Source: Arenicellales bacterium (GTDB lineage Bacteria; Pseudomonadota; Gammaproteobacteria; Arenicellales; UBA868). From it: 64,000 bases of DNA. Location: positions 117,650-181,649 of the forward strand of contig JASMBC010000001.1 in NCBI GenBank assembly GCA_030754035.1, written 5' to 3'. The notes below the pieces were generated by a model. The model saw nothing but the letters and a program-made list of their open reading frames with translations, was not told where the DNA came from and did no database searches. Shown here piece after piece: positions 22,692 through 32,212 of this stretch; positions within the stretch are counted from its first letter, which is position 1, and the number at the start of each line of letters is the position of its first letter. A program made the translations under genes and the position numbers.

Positions 22692-23474
22692 GTGATTACG
22701 GTTGAGCATCTGCATAAGCACTTCGGCGGCATCCATGCGGTCAACGATGCCTCGTTAACTATTGAAAAAGGCGCCATCACCGGCCTCATCGGTCCGAACG
22801 GCGCCGGCAAAACGACGTTGTTCAACGTTGTCGCAGGGGTATATCCACCCACCGCTGGTCGAGTCTTGCTGGAGGGAGACGATATTACTGGCAGTAAACC
22901 GCATGAACTGTTCGCCAAGGGTGTGCTGCGGACCTTCCAGATCGCCCACGAGTTCTCCACCCTGAGCGTACGGGAAAATCTGATGCTGGTGCCGGGTGGC
23001 CAGTCCGGCGAAAAACTGATCGACGCCTGGCTGCGGCCAGCTAGGGTGAGAGTTGAGGAGGAGAATATCGGCAAGAAGGTCGACGAGGTCATCGAGTTTC
23101 TTGAAATCACCCATGTTGCCAACGAATTGGCCGGCAACCTCTCTGGCGGCCAGAAAAAGTTGCTCGAGCTGGGGCGCACCATGATGGGGGAAGCCAAGAT
23201 CGTGCTGCTCGACGAAGTTGGCGCGGGGGTCAACCGTACGCTTCTTAACACGGTGGGTGATGCCATCCTGCGCCTCAACCGCGAACACGGTTATACCTTC
23301 TGCATGATTGAGCATGACATGGATTTTATCTCTCGACTTTGCGATCCGGTCATTGTCATGGCCGAGGGCGCGGTTCTAACCACTGGCACCGCCGCTGAGG
23401 TCAAGGCCAATGAGGCGGTGATTGAGGCCTATCTCGGCACCGGACGCAAGCATTCAAGAAGGGCCACTGAATGA
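22692..23474 (+). CDS. ABC transporter ATP-binding protein (LivG-like)
   Basis: It has Walker A GPNGAGKTT, signature LSGGQKKLLEL and Walker B IVLLDE. I chose GTG 22692 because the longer track ORF (22656) would start inside the terminator hairpin. Confidence 0.85.
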   Translation: MITVEHLHKHFGGIHAVNDASLTIEKGAITGLIGPNGAGKTTLFNVVAGVYPPTAGRVLLEGDDITGSKPHELFAKGVLRTFQIAHEFSTLSVRENLMLVPGGQSGEKLIDAWLRPARVRVEEENIGKKVDEVIEFLEITHVANELAGNLSGGQKKLLELGRTMMGEAKIVLLDEVGAGVNRTLLNTVGDAILRLNREHGYTFCMIEHDMDFISRLCDPVIVMAEGAVLTTGTAAEVKANEAVIEAYLGTGRKHSRRATE

Positions 23475-24175
23475 GTTTTCTCATTGGCGAGAACATGACT
23501 GGGGGCTACGGCGCCGCCGATATCCTGCATGACTGCACCATCGGTGTTGACAAGGGCGAAATCGCCGTTGTGGTAGGCCCCAACGGTGCCGGTAAATCTA
23601 CCGCGATGAAAGCCGTATTTGGCATGCTGTCCTTGCGTGAAGGCAAAGTGATGATGGATGGTGTTGACATAACGGCCCTTAAGCCGCAGGAGCGAGTACG
23701 CCAGGGCATGGGCTTCGTGCCACAGACAAATAACGTTTTTACCTCCTTGACGGTAGAGGAAAACCTGGAGATGGGCGCCTTCATACGGCGGGATGATTTT
23801 TCCGATACCATGGTGCAGGTCTTCGATCTGTTTCCAGTGCTCAAGGAAAAGCGCAGTCAATTGGCCGGAGAACTTTCCGGTGGTCAGCGTCAGCAGGTGG
23901 CGGTTGGCCGTGCCTTGATGACCCGGCCAGAAGTGCTGATGTTGGATGAGACAACCGCCGGTGTTTCACCTATCGTGATGGATGAGTTATTTGATCGTGT
24001 GATCGAGGTGGCGCGTACAGGAATCGCTATCCTGATGGTGGAGCAAAACGCCAAGCAGGCGCTCAATATCGCCGACAAGGGCTATGTGCTGGTGCAGGGG
24101 CGCAATCGTTACACCGATACTGGGGCCGCCCTGATTGCGAATCCGGAAGTTCGTAAGGCGTTCCTCGGGGGTTAG
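23471..24175 (+). CDS. ABC transporter ATP-binding protein (LivF-like)
   Basis: It has Walker A GPNGAGKST, signature LSGGQRQQVAV and Walker B LMLDE. It overlaps the upstream gene by ATGA. Confidence 0.85.
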   Translation: MSFLIGENMTGGYGAADILHDCTIGVDKGEIAVVVGPNGAGKSTAMKAVFGMLSLREGKVMMDGVDITALKPQERVRQGMGFVPQTNNVFTSLTVEENLEMGAFIRRDDFSDTMVQVFDLFPVLKEKRSQLAGELSGGQRQQVAVGRALMTRPEVLMLDETTAGVSPIVMDELFDRVIEVARTGIAILMVEQNAKQALNIADKGYVLVQGRNRYTDTGAALIANPEVRKAFLGG

Positions 24176-24179
24176 GGCA

Positions 24180-25193
24180 GTGACCGACGTTTTAAATACC
24201 CTGGCGCTGGTCAGTAATTTCATCATTGTTCCCGGGCTTGCCTATGGCAGCCAACTGGCACTCGGCGCATTGGGCATCACGATAGTGTACGCGGTCCTAC
24301 GCTTTTCTAATTTTGCCCATGGCGAGATGATGTCTTTCGGCGCCATGATCACGATTCTCGTCACCTGGGTGCTGCAGGCCCGCGGCATTAACCTGGGACC
24401 GCTACCGACTGCGCTGTTGGCGTTACCTCTTGGCATTGTCGCAACTATCGGATTGTGCTTGGCCACTGATCGGCTGGTCTACCGCTACTACCGGCAGAAA
24501 CGTGCCTCCCCTGTGACTTACCTTATCGTTTCTGTGGGGGTTATGTTTCTCATGGGTGGCTTGATACGTTTCGTTATTGGCCCCAATGACCAGATTTTTG
24601 CCGACGGTGCCCGCTTCATCATGAAAGCCAGGGAATTCAAGCAGATGACAGGGCTGAACGAGGGATTGGCGATCAAGTCCTCCCAGGGCGTGACAGTGCT
24701 GACAGCGGTCGTGATCGTAGCGGTTCTTTTTTGGTTTCTTAACCGAACACGCACTGGCAAATCAATGCGCGCCTATTCCGATAACGAGGACCTGGCATTG
24801 CTATCTGGGATCAATCCGGAGCAGGTGGTGTTCATTGCCTGGATCATCGCTGGTACCTTAGCAGCGGTCGCAGGGACACTTTACGGGCTGGATAAGAGCT
24901 ACAAACCTTTTACCTTTCTGCAGCTGCTGTTGCCAATTTTCGCTTCGGCCATAGTTGGCGGAGTGGGTAATCCGCTGGGTGCGATCGCTGGCGGTTTCGT
25001 CATTGCCTTCTCTGAACTCATAGTAACTTTTGCCTATAAGAAAGTGCTCGGCTATCTGTTGCCGACCGGGCTTGCACCAGAGGGCCTGGCACAATTGCTT
25101 TCCACTGATTACAAATTTTCCGTGTCCTTCATGATTCTGGTCATCGTGCTGCTGGTTAAGCCTACTGGCCTTTTCAGTGGTAAGACGCTATGA
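24180..25193 (+). CDS. branched-chain amino acid ABC permease (LivH-like)
   Basis: It is a multi-TM protein with the FAHGEMMSFGAM motif region. GTG 24180 lies just after the upstream stop. Confidence 0.8.
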   Translation: MTDVLNTLALVSNFIIVPGLAYGSQLALGALGITIVYAVLRFSNFAHGEMMSFGAMITILVTWVLQARGINLGPLPTALLALPLGIVATIGLCLATDRLVYRYYRQKRASPVTYLIVSVGVMFLMGGLIRFVIGPNDQIFADGARFIMKAREFKQMTGLNEGLAIKSSQGVTVLTAVVIVAVLFWFLNRTRTGKSMRAYSDNEDLALLSGINPEQVVFIAWIIAGTLAAVAGTLYGLDKSYKPFTFLQLLLPIFASAIVGGVGNPLGAIAGGFVIAFSELIVTFAYKKVLGYLLPTGLAPEGLAQLLSTDYKFSVSFMILVIVLLVKPTGLFSGKTL

Positions 25194-26503
25194 ATAACTT
25201 GTACCGTAACTTGTTGCTGTTTGCCGTTATGTTGGCTTTAGTTGCGGTAGTGGGTATATCGCAGAGCTGGAATGTGGCTCTTGCGATCCTCAATCTGTGC
25301 TTGATTTCGGCAATTATGACGCTCGGGGTCAACATCCAGTGGGGCTATGCGGGTTTGTTCAATGCCGGGGTAATGGGTTTTGCTGCCTTAGGCGGCCTGG
25401 CTGCAGTATTGATTTCTATGCCGCCGGTGCCAGCGGCTTGGCAGGCCGGCGGCAACGGTGTGGTCACGGGGTTGGCGTTTGGTATTGGCACGGTCCTCGC
25501 CGGTATTATCAGTTGGCGTAAAACAGCCCATCTTGGTGGTAAACGCTATTGGCTGACGGCGCTGATCGCCGTGGCTGGTTATACCCTGATGCGTTGGGTC
25601 ATCGACCCGGCCATTGTCGCCGTTGAGGCGGTAGAACCCGCCAAGACCGGGTTCCTGGGTGGTTTCGGCTTGCCGATTATGCTCTCCTGGCTGGTGGGCG
25701 GGGCGTTTGCTGCTGGCGTCGCCTGGCTCGTAGGTAAAGTTTCGCTCGGTTTAAGGTCAGACTACCTCGCTATCGCCACCCTCGGCATCTCAGAGATCAT
25801 CATATATTTCCTAAAAAATGAGGATTGGTTGACCCGCGGCGTCAAGAACGTTAATGGCCTGCCTCGTCCCGTACCCTACGAAATCGACCTGCAGCACACT
25901 GTCTGGTTGCAGAATTGGGTAGAAACTTACGGCATTTCTTTGATCGACGCCTCGTCGATTATTGTCAAACTCTGTTATGCGGGACTGTTTGTGGCTGTAC
26001 TGGTGGTAATCCTGTGGCTTTCGGAAACTGCGTTGAAATCCCCTTGGGGACGAATGATGCGTGCGATCAGGGATAACGAAACGGCTGCCAGTGCCATGGG
26101 CAAGAATGTCACCTGGCGGCATTTGCAGGTTTTCGTTCTCGGCTCGGCAGTAGTCGGAATGGCTGGAGCGATGTTGACCACTCTCGATGGCCAGTTCACA
26201 CCCACTGCTTACCAGCCCTTGAGGTTCACTTTTCTCATCTGGGTGATGGTCATCGTTGGCGGCTCAGGCAATAATTTCGGTTCGGTACTGGGTGGTTTTG
26301 TTATCTGGTTTTTCTGGATAGAGGCTGAGCCCATTGGTCTTGCGCTCATGGAATTGATCACCTCCGGTATGGCGCAGGACAGCCCATTGCGCCATCATCT
26401 GTTGGATAACGCCGCCCACATGCGGCTGATGACCATGGGGTTGGTGTTGTTACTTGTTTTGCGGTTCGCACCGCGCGGCCTTATACCGGAAGTCAAGCGC
26501 TAG
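25190..26503 (+). CDS. branched-chain amino acid ABC permease (LivM-like)
   Basis: It is a 437 aa polytopic membrane protein with ATGA coupling to the upstream permease. Confidence 0.8.
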   Translation: MNNLYRNLLLFAVMLALVAVVGISQSWNVALAILNLCLISAIMTLGVNIQWGYAGLFNAGVMGFAALGGLAAVLISMPPVPAAWQAGGNGVVTGLAFGIGTVLAGIISWRKTAHLGGKRYWLTALIAVAGYTLMRWVIDPAIVAVEAVEPAKTGFLGGFGLPIMLSWLVGGAFAAGVAWLVGKVSLGLRSDYLAIATLGISEIIIYFLKNEDWLTRGVKNVNGLPRPVPYEIDLQHTVWLQNWVETYGISLIDASSIIVKLCYAGLFVAVLVVILWLSETALKSPWGRMMRAIRDNETAASAMGKNVTWRHLQVFVLGSAVVGMAGAMLTTLDGQFTPTAYQPLRFTFLIWVMVIVGGSGNNFGSVLGGFVIWFFWIEAEPIGLALMELITSGMAQDSPLRHHLLDNAAHMRLMTMGLVLLLVLRFAPRGLIPEVKR

Positions 26504-26581
26504 TAACTTTTCTCTCGCCGATGTCACCGCCCGCAGTTTTCAGCGACGGGTGCAGTTACTACCAGGTCAGCAATTGATTCT

Positions 26582-27448
26582 TCAGATTATGTCGAGCGCC
26601 GCGTGCAGGGCTTCCTGGTCAGAGGCACTCAACGGCAAAACGGGCTGGCGGCACTCGCCAACGTCAAAGCCACGCCGGAGAGCCGCTGCCTTCACGCTGG
26701 GATTGTAATTGTGGCTCCAGATAAAAAGTTGAGAAGGGAGTAGTCGCTGCCAGAGTGTGTTGGCCTCAACCAGTTGGCCAGCCTGGATCTGGCGATACAG
26801 GGAGACTGCCTCTGCCGGAAGAAAATTGACAGCCCCCCAGACGCAGCCCACGCAGCCTGCGACCAGGGCCGGGTAGGTGATTGGATCACCGCCGTTAAAG
26901 ACCTTGCCGCCCGTCTGGATGAGTTCTTGGATGCGCACCAGGTCCCCGGTGCTGTCCTTTATATATTCGATACCGTCAATCTCGAGCAGTCGTGCAAAAA
27001 ACGCCGGCGTGATGTCAAAGCCCGAATGCTGGGGGATGTTGTATACCATGACCGGCACCGAGGCGGCTGCGGCGACTGCCTCATAGTGGTAAAGAACTCC
27101 ATCTTCGTCCGGCCCCTCGAAATAGGGTGGTAATACCATGACCGCGTCCATACCTTGGTCGACTGCATGGCGCGTAGCCTCCAGCGTGTCGCGCAAGTGG
27201 ATGGCTGAGGTTTGGGCCATGCATTGTGCGCGACCGTCTACGTGTTTGACAGTGATCTCGATGAGACGGCGTTTTTCTGTGTCGTTAAGGTAGGCGAATT
27301 CGCCAGTACCACCGCAGGCGAGAATGATATCCACCCCGGCTTCAAGCATGCGGTCGATGTGGGCAAGATAGCGTGTTTCGCTGATGCGTTGCCGATCGCC
27401 CTCGAAAACCGCGCATACTGGTACACAGACACCGCTCAATTCGGTCAT
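26582..27448 (-). CDS. DapA/N-acetylneuraminate-lyase family class I (Schiff-base) aldolase, paralog of DHDPS
   Basis: It has ACGGTGEF, MVYNIP (Tyr) and the Schiff-base Lys in YIKDSTGD. It reads NIPQHSGFD where true DapA has the substrate Arg (YNVPSRTG). Confidence 0.8.
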   Translation of the reverse strand: MTELSGVCVPVCAVFEGDRQRISETRYLAHIDRMLEAGVDIILACGGTGEFAYLNDTEKRRLIEITVKHVDGRAQCMAQTSAIHLRDTLEATRHAVDQGMDAVMVLPPYFEGPDEDGVLYHYEAVAAAASVPVMVYNIPQHSGFDITPAFFARLLEIDGIEYIKDSTGDLVRIQELIQTGGKVFNGGDPITYPALVAGCVGCVWGAVNFLPAEAVSLYRQIQAGQLVEANTLWQRLLPSQLFIWSHNYNPSVKAAALRRGFDVGECRQPVLPLSASDQEALHAALDII

Positions 27449-27760
27449 GTTACAAACTCCGTTGGGTGTTGGTTTTGATGCCGCTTGCGGCCGACAGTAC
27501 GAGGGTTAGTTTACATGAATCGAGATGCTTTGAAGCTTGATAAGTGGAATCTGACGGGTTGCTACTGCGCCCCACGACCCCCTTGGTAGCGTATAGGGCG
27601 CCTGAGGTAGGATAGGGGAGTAGGCGCACCAGGGTTAGTGCGTGAACGCTATTGGTTTGTCCGTGCAGTCGTACACATGCCCGGTGAACACTGATTCTGA
27701 TAGTTTGGTATTACGGGGATTTTTTCGAAGATACAAATCGAAAATTAAACGCAGGCCGGG

Positions 27761-28861
27761 ATGAATATGAGCAAAGTTCTAACGATCGACGTTGGTGCAG
27801 GGACTATGGATGTACTCTATATTGATACAGCATCAGAGTGTTACTACAAGGCAGTCGTGCGTTCTCCGGTCTGCTCCACGGCAGAACGGATTCTTACGGC
27901 TTCAGGCAAAATGCTGATCGTTGGCGTTGAGATGGGTGGGGGCACAGTATCGCAGGCCATCAGACAGCGTGCTGACGGAGAGGCTGTTCTTATATCAGAA
28001 ACTGCAGCAAAAACCCTCTCTCATAATCTCGAGAAAGCACGTCCTCGGGGGCTTGAAGTAATCGAAGATACACGAGCATGTGATCTTGTAGCCACGGGAG
28101 ATCACAGTGTTGTTACGCTCGCCGATCTTGAGTTGGAGCGTATCCGAGGTATCGTTGACGGGTTCGGTGTTTCGTTCGAGTTTGATGTTGTCGGGGTCTG
28201 TGTGCAGGACCACGGCAAGGCACCGCAGGGGGTCTCGACGCTAGATTATCGACATACTCACTTCCGTCGGGCGCTTGATCGTCAGCCTACACCCGATGCA
28301 CTTCTTTATCGAAGTGACGAGGTTCCCGAAGATATGAGTCGCCTTTGCGCAGTGCGTGATACAGCGCTCAACTTGCCGAGCACTACGGTTTACATAATGG
28401 ATAGTGGCATGGCTGCCATTCTCGGAGCTACACAGGATTCGCGGGTACGAGCTTGCCATCATGCGATCGTTCTCGACGTCGCAACATCTCATACGATTGC
28501 CGCGAGTTTTAATGGCAACGAATTGTGCAGCTTCGTTGAATATCACACTAAGGACATTCGCCTGGACCGTATGGAAACCCTACTACAGGAATTGGCAGAA
28601 GGCCAACTGAGGCACGCAAAGATTTTGACAGAAGGGGGCCATGGCGCCTATACCCGACGAGCACTTGGTTTTGGCTCCATCGAGATTATTCTTGCAACGG
28701 GACCACGGCGCGCTCTGCTTGCCGGGCTGAACTTACCAATCAAACTGGGTACACCGTTAGGTGACAACATGATGACGGGGACAACTGGGCTGCTTGAAGC
28801 GATTCGCAGGCGAGAAAACTGGCTCCCCGGGCAAGACTCGAACTTGCGACATATGGATTAA
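27761..28861 (+). CDS. ASKHA (actin/sugar-kinase fold) ATPase-like protein, DUF1786-like
   Basis: It has N-terminal TIDVGAGTMDVLYID (phosphate-1) and VLDVATSHTIA (phosphate-2). GC looks lower than in the neighbours. The last 14 codons overlap tRNA-Asn on the opposite strand. The family assignment is from memory. Confidence 0.55.
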   Translation: MNMSKVLTIDVGAGTMDVLYIDTASECYYKAVVRSPVCSTAERILTASGKMLIVGVEMGGGTVSQAIRQRADGEAVLISETAAKTLSHNLEKARPRGLEVIEDTRACDLVATGDHSVVTLADLELERIRGIVDGFGVSFEFDVVGVCVQDHGKAPQGVSTLDYRHTHFRRALDRQPTPDALLYRSDEVPEDMSRLCAVRDTALNLPSTTVYIMDSGMAAILGATQDSRVRACHHAIVLDVATSHTIAASFNGNELCSFVEYHTKDIRLDRMETLLQELAEGQLRHAKILTEGGHGAYTRRALGFGSIEIILATGPRRALLAGLNLPIKLGTPLGDNMMTGTTGLLEAIRRRENWLPGQDSNLRHMD

Positions 28862-28895
28862 CAGTCCACCGTTCTACCAACTGAACTACCGGGGA
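28820..28895 (-). tRNA. tRNA-Asn (anticodon GTT), CCA encoded
   Basis: Hand-folded cloverleaf: acceptor TCCCCGG/CCGGGGA, D stem GTTC/GAAC, anticodon loop CTGTTAA, T arm GCAAG-TTCGAGT-CTTGC, discriminator G plus CCA. Confidence 0.9.
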
Positions 28896-28911
28896 TCAGA
28901 AGGGATGGTGA

Positions 28912-28940
28912 ATGCTACTAACAGGCAGTATTTTGGTCAA
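28912..28940 (-). promoter_or_regulatory. candidate promoter of tRNA-Asn (-35 TTGACC, 17 nt, -10 TAGCAT)
   Basis: On the minus strand I read TTGACC(28940-28935)-N17-TAGCAT(28917-28912), ending 16 nt upstream of the tRNA 5' end. Confidence 0.45.
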
Positions 28941-28977
28941 CCCGAGGACATACAGGCGTCGTAATTCTTGGCAACTG

Positions 28978-29547
28978 TTAGCTGCAGTCTATAGCATAGC
29001 CCTGTGGCGAGCGGTCGGAGACCCGGGCCCGACCAGTGAGGTGTACGATCACTGCCCGACGCCTTGCGACAGCCGGGCTGCAGAGCTTGAAGTGGCCATT
29101 GGGCCAGGCGCTACCATCGGGATTGAAAGACAGGGTATTGGGTGTTCGGAAATTGATAGTCAACTGGCCCAGCATGGAGCCAACTGCTGCGAGCACGGAC
29201 TCGCCGGCGCCCAGACGCCGGTTCCGGTCGACATCGATGAAGGTGATCCACCCCAGTTGCCATTGGCTCGACCCGGTACAACCATTGACCGTATCGCCAG
29301 GACAGACGCTGACCCGCTGCTGTTTGTGCACAGCCGCCACTCGGGCTAGTGCTAGGGTTGAGACGAGGTTATCAGTGGCAGTATCGAGCGCTATACGGCT
29401 GCCAATGGACCGAAAAGAGCCGACGGCATATAAGGCCAGGATGCCCACGATGCTGAGCACCACCATGGTCTCAATCAGGGTGTAGCCGGCTGGTGCGGCA
29501 GGTGAGGTCAAGTTCCGAGCCAATAGTGGACTGGGTTTTGGGCGCAT
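28978..29547 (-). CDS. fimT: type IV pilus minor pilin, GspH/FimT family
   Basis: It has the prepilin cleavage/methylation motif G|YTLIETMVVLSIVGILA. The GspH-like body includes LALARVAAV, WQLGWITFIDVD, two Cys pairs and a C-terminal GRAR. An alternative TTG start at 29511 would give a 9-aa leader. Confidence 0.75.
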   Translation of the reverse strand: MRPKPSPLLARNLTSPAAPAGYTLIETMVVLSIVGILALYAVGSFRSIGSRIALDTATDNLVSTLALARVAAVHKQQRVSVCPGDTVNGCTGSSQWQLGWITFIDVDRNRRLGAGESVLAAVGSMLGQLTINFRTPNTLSFNPDGSAWPNGHFKLCSPAVARRRAVIVHLTGRARVSDRSPQGYAIDCS

Positions 29548-29688
29548 TGCCGTGGATACTGGACCAGCACAGCAGGAAAAGCAGTGAAAAATCGCACGCT
29601 AAGGGCAAGTTCGTGTCCCACAGGGCAGACGTTTTAGAATCGGTTCTTTTGTCGGGGCGTCTGCCCCGCATTTGCCTGGATGCACCTG

Positions 29689-31722
<2,034 letters not shown>

Positions 31723-32031
31723 TTAGCTAATTTGGCTTTTGCCGTTAGCTTGCCGTGAATCTTGAGTGACCCTCAACACCGTACACCATCGCTCAAAAGA
31801 GGGGATATTAAAACGCCTGCCTTTCTCGCCTGGTGGTGTGTTCTAAGAATTGGGTAGTTTGGCTGTTGCGAGTTTCGCCAAACCTCCGATGAGAACTTCC
31901 GAAAACGACGCTATCTGCTGTAGAATGCGCCCTGTATCGTGGGCTAGGGAAGATACTATGTGCAGTGCCGACAATGCTCTCTGGGCCCACCCAACAGGAA
32001 TTGGCCACGGTTTCGTAAACAACGGTTCCAT

Positions 32032-32106
32032 AGGCGCGTAGCTCAGTGGTAGAGCACTACCTTGACATGGTAGTGGTCGGTGGTTCGATCCCACTCGCGC
32101 CTACCA
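32032..32106 (+). tRNA. tRNA-Val (anticodon GAC), CCA encoded
   Basis: Hand-folded: acceptor AGGCGCG/CGCGCCT, D stem GCTC/GAGC, anticodon stem CTACC/GGTAG with loop TTGACAT, T loop TTCGATC. Confidence 0.9.
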
Positions 32107-32124
32107 TCAGCCCGCTAGGGTAGG

Positions 32125-32156
32125 GCGCCGGTGATTCTGCCGGCGCTGCTTTTTTT
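32125..32156 (+). terminator. intrinsic terminator after tRNA-Val, 57 nt before thrS
   Basis: A 7-bp stem GCGCCGG/CCGGCGC with an 8-nt loop is followed by TGCTTTTTTT. Confidence 0.6.
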
Positions 32157-32212
32157 GGAACAGAACACAGCAATCACCAACACCAGCGCTTCTCTTACTC
32201 GGTCCGCTCAAC

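Noticed and set aside
22244-23278. A 344-aa minus-strand ORF spanning the binding-protein 3' end, the terminator and the LivG-like gene
   Set aside because: It is antisense to two genes with strong motif support and crosses a terminator hairpin. Its translation is low-complexity and rich in Ser, Pro and Arg. It looks like a typical shadow ORF in GC-rich coding DNA.
27449-28895. An integrated mobile element at tRNA-Asn (integrase, att direct repeat)
   Set aside because: No integrase, transposase or phage gene is present. By eye I could not find a second copy of the tRNA 3' segment (GCAAGACTCGAAC or its complement) in 19.7-28.8 kb. Only the weaker idea of a decayed junction is kept as a finding.
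28912-29485. Plus-strand ORFs 28912-29349 and 29036-29485
   Set aside because: They are antisense to the FimT-like gene, which has a clear prepilin motif. The first starts inside the predicted tRNA-Asn promoter.
29548-29688. A LexA (SOS) box upstream of uvrB
   Set aside because: The only CTG...CAG candidate (CTGGACCAGCACAG) has 8 nt, not 10, between CTG and CAG. No CTGT-N8-ACAG is present.
31808-32094. Small ORFs overlapping the tRNA-Val leader and tRNA (31808-32008, 31843-32094, 31850-32041), and ORFs over tRNA-Pro (39585-39785, 39628-39810)
   Set aside because: They overlap tRNA genes or their leaders and have no SD or motif support.
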